DNA of 64,000 nt. Origin: Halieaceae bacterium (lineage in GTDB: Bacteria > Pseudomonadota > Gammaproteobacteria > Pseudomonadales > Halieaceae). Shown here in pieces: positions 62,601-64,000 of the stretch. The stretch covers positions 37,569-101,568 of the forward strand of contig CACMGJ010000001.1 in the NCBI GenBank assembly GCA_902613175.1. Reading direction: 5' to 3'. Below the pieces are notes generated by a model. That model was not told the origin of the DNA. It was given only the letters and a program-made list of their open reading frames with translations, and did no database searches. Position numbers and translations under genes: made by a program. The first letter of the stretch is position 1. Each line of letters starts with the position of its first letter.

Positions 62601-63097
62601 CTTACTACGATGTGCGTGAGGGTATTGGTTTTAACAAGACGCCAGACGTCTATGGTGCCTTCCCAACTGACCCGTATTCTCACACGCCTGGCTTCGCGGG
62701 TGCTCGTCAGCCGGGTATGACGGGACAGGTGAAAGAGGAAGTGCTGACACGTCTCCTCGAGTTGGGCGTAGAGGTTGCGGACGCCCGCGTGAGCTTCAAG
62801 CCATCAGTGCTCCGCCGATCGGAGTTCTTGGGATCTTCGGCAACGCTGCGCTACTTCGATACGGCCGGCGCCTCGCAAGCTGTCGCATTGGAGGCCGGCG
62901 AGCTGAGCTTTACCTACTGTCAGGTGCCGGTTGTTATGGCGCTTGCTGATTCGCCATCAATCACTTTACACACCGCTGACGGTGCTACGGAGTCTGTTGC
63001 GGGGAGCGTGTTGACTGCCGAGCAATCAGAAGCACTGTTTAAAAAGACGGGACAGTATGTGCGCCTCGATGTGCGGGTCGCACAGGTCATGGATTAA
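59630..63097 (+). CDS. Beta-1,3-glucan phosphorylase, GH149-like
   Basis: ~1155 aa. WMFIS..GGLSAGR, ALFPYY, EYLPLSFSRRHGDPSRPWN, YEGNWRDIFQNWEAL, DGYNPYRI, QRPEWNDANNAL, YEGLGSIYWHM, FPTDPYSHTP. Family recognised from motif memory and GH17 context. Confidence 0.82.
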   Translation: MTNETLYLGANPLNTSATAVEGDYVTRDGESFYRIANVDGMDDFFISVVSDSNHWMFISTRGGLSAGRTDCDSALFPYYTEDKIRDNSDNTGSRTIVIADQGGKRMLWEPFSRSHTGIYSITRNLYKNVLGDKLIFEETNHDLGLQFSYSWSTSDRFGFVKQCTIAATGNAKSTIEILDGIENLLPYGVLAGTQNELSCLVDAYKKTELVPNSGLAVYAMSSILSDKAEPSEALSATTVWSYGVQDASYLISSNQLSQFRSGAAISEEQEVLGRRGAYFVHQTFALDAGAERGWGIVADVNQGPAAVRDTVSLIQSDTDVSALIADDIELGSRNLERLISTADGIQMTGDTLSANHHASNVLFNIMRGGLFIDNYAIEKPDLMAFCAEWNRAVFDANTPFFDPLPARMTYHDLDAALAGNTDLQLERLCREYLPLSFSRRHGDPSRPWNRFAIKVKDDKGNKLLNYEGNWRDIFQNWEALSSSIPCFGVNMISKFVNATTADGYNPYRITRQGIDWERPEPENPWANIGYWGDHQLIYLLKLIEQSVAHNPVALKSMMFSDAFAYANVPYRIKSYASILSDPYDTIEFDEDLDRVIDGRVEAMGADGRLMPAPNGEVYQVNLAEKILVTLLSKIANFIPDTGIWMNTQRPEWNDANNALVGTGVSVVTLCYLHRFLNKAVPLFSELEQDSVQLSAEVAAFMSDVASVLEAHQGSICKGPVSDVVRKEVMEALGTAAERYRQGIYDRGFSASKKSVSLASVVDCLSRARDISAISIRSNRREDGLYHAYNRIAVRDEGVEIKYLYEMLEGQVAVLSSELLEADESLALLKTLRASSLYTARQHSYLLYPNRQLPSFMVRNLVPGEFVKSSTLMTKLVSAGNTDLIEVDGSGQAFFAGKFNNTASVAAALTALAEDGFAEDVSAERAAIETLFSDLFDCANFTGRSGGMYAYEGLGSIYWHMVSKLLLAVMETVKQAEETGASAKVLAGLQAAYYDVREGIGFNKTPDVYGAFPTDPYSHTPGFAGARQPGMTGQVKEEVLTRLLELGVEVADARVSFKPSVLRRSEFLGSSATLRYFDTAGASQAVALEAGELSFTYCQVPVVMALADSPSITLHTADGATESVAGSVLTAEQSEALFKKTGQYVRLDVRVAQVMD

Positions 63098-63115
63098 CTT
63101 GTTGCTCTTTACAAC

Positions 63116-63140
63116 AAAGCCCGCGAATGCGGGTTTTTTT
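63116..63140 (+). terminator. Intrinsic terminator after the phosphorylase
   Basis: AAAGCCCGC-GAAT-GCGGGTTTTTTT. Confidence 0.88.
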
Positions 63141-63261
63141 ATGTGTGTTGCAAAAGCGGATCGATGCAGTTCTGCGCCGCTTGAGTCTTGGCGGTCTGTG
63201 AGTCTTCTTACCAGTATTCGGCGACAAAAACTCGGGTCATGCCATTAGCGATCAGACGGTA

Positions 63262-63999
63262 TTATGCCCGTCGGGAATCAAGCTCTTCCCTGATGGCAGC
63301 GACTGCCTCCTCGTTGAGGTCGTAGTTCCACATCGCCCAAATGCCTATCGAGGTTCCCGTTGCAGGTACCAGGATAAAGGCTGCTCGAAGACCGTTGAGT
63401 GCGTCCTCGGATTGTACGGCAACATTCTGATCAAATCCGACGAATGCCAAAATGAGACCGCTCAACAGCCCGGCGAAAGCAGCACCGAACTTCACCATCC
63501 ACCAATAAATAGCACCAAAGAGCCCCTCGCGCCGCTCATGTGTTTCGAGCTCGTCCAAATCACAGATATCAGCGGTTATGGACATCATGATGGTAAACAA
63601 GCCGCCGATGCCAAACACAAAAAGTGGGATTGGAAGAAACATCAGGTAGGGGTTCTCGGGAGAGAAACTCCACCAAAACATAGCGTATCCTGCCAGCGAC
63701 ATGCTTTGAGTGATCAAGAAGGTGCGGTGCTTTCCGAGTGTCTGCGCCATGTAGTTGACGATCGGTATTACCAGGAAGCAGGTGAAAAGCGCCGAAATAC
63801 TGCCAAACAGTGCTGGCCAGTTACCGGCTGCAACTGGATCGCCGTTATTCATGTAGTAGACGATGATGAAAAATGCGAAACCGGCGACGCAATTATAGGC
63901 ATTGAAGATAAAGAAGGTCGCCGTGCAGATCCGCTGAAATGGCTTGTTTTTTAGGGTAACACCAATACCTTTGAAAAGCTCTACGAAGGTTTGCGCCAG
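63262..63999 (-). CDS. MFS glycoside-pentoside-hexuronide (GPH) sugar transporter, C-terminal part (truncated by window edge)
   Basis: SITADICDLDEL....RREG.FGAIYWWMVK.G motif. Frame stays open to the window end. Confidence 0.88.
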   Translation of the reverse strand: MAQTFVELFKGIGVTLKNKPFQRICTATFFIFNAYNCVAGFAFFIIVYYMNNGDPVAAGNWPALFGSISALFTCFLVIPIVNYMAQTLGKHRTFLITQSMSLAGYAMFWWSFSPENPYLMFLPIPLFVFGIGGLFTIMMSITADICDLDELETHERREGLFGAIYWWMVKFGAAFAGLLSGLILAFVGFDQNVAVQSEDALNGLRAAFILVPATGTSIGIWAMWNYDLNEEAVAAIREELDSRRA

Positions 64000-64000
64000 T

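Overview
This window looks like the chromosome of a marine aerobic anoxygenic phototrophic gammaproteobacterium. The pufLMC-BA gene order points to the OM60/NOR5 (Halieaceae, Luminiphilus-like) group; this is an inference. Bases 1 to ~33,300 hold most of a photosynthesis gene cluster: bchH(partial)-bchL-bchM-lhaA-puhABC-puhE, a degenerate HemN-like gene, idi, the (-) superoperon crtE-crtF-bchCXYZ-pufQ-pufLMC-pufBA, crtC, and bchIDO-crtI-crtB. Several PpsR boxes (TGT-N12-ACA) lie in these promoter regions. At the cluster edge, crtD is displaced and translationally coupled to a His-containing membrane protein, head-to-head with a cytochrome P450, and next to a catalytically altered alpha/beta-hydrolase. 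No crtA or acsF is present in the window. Downstream of pufA is a ~140-nt three-armed RNA-like structure whose arms all end in the same GGGG/CCCC tetraloop. The rest of the window is metabolic: a fatty-acid-hydroxylase-family gene, alkyl sulfatase, MATE, DUF1800/DUF1501, two convergent molybdenum-hydroxylase operons with TetR/XdhC/MocA, an RND pump, a ThDP enzyme, and a beta-1,3-glucan locus (two GH17, a GH149-like phosphorylase, a GPH transporter). I saw no rRNA, tRNA, CRISPR array or mobile element.
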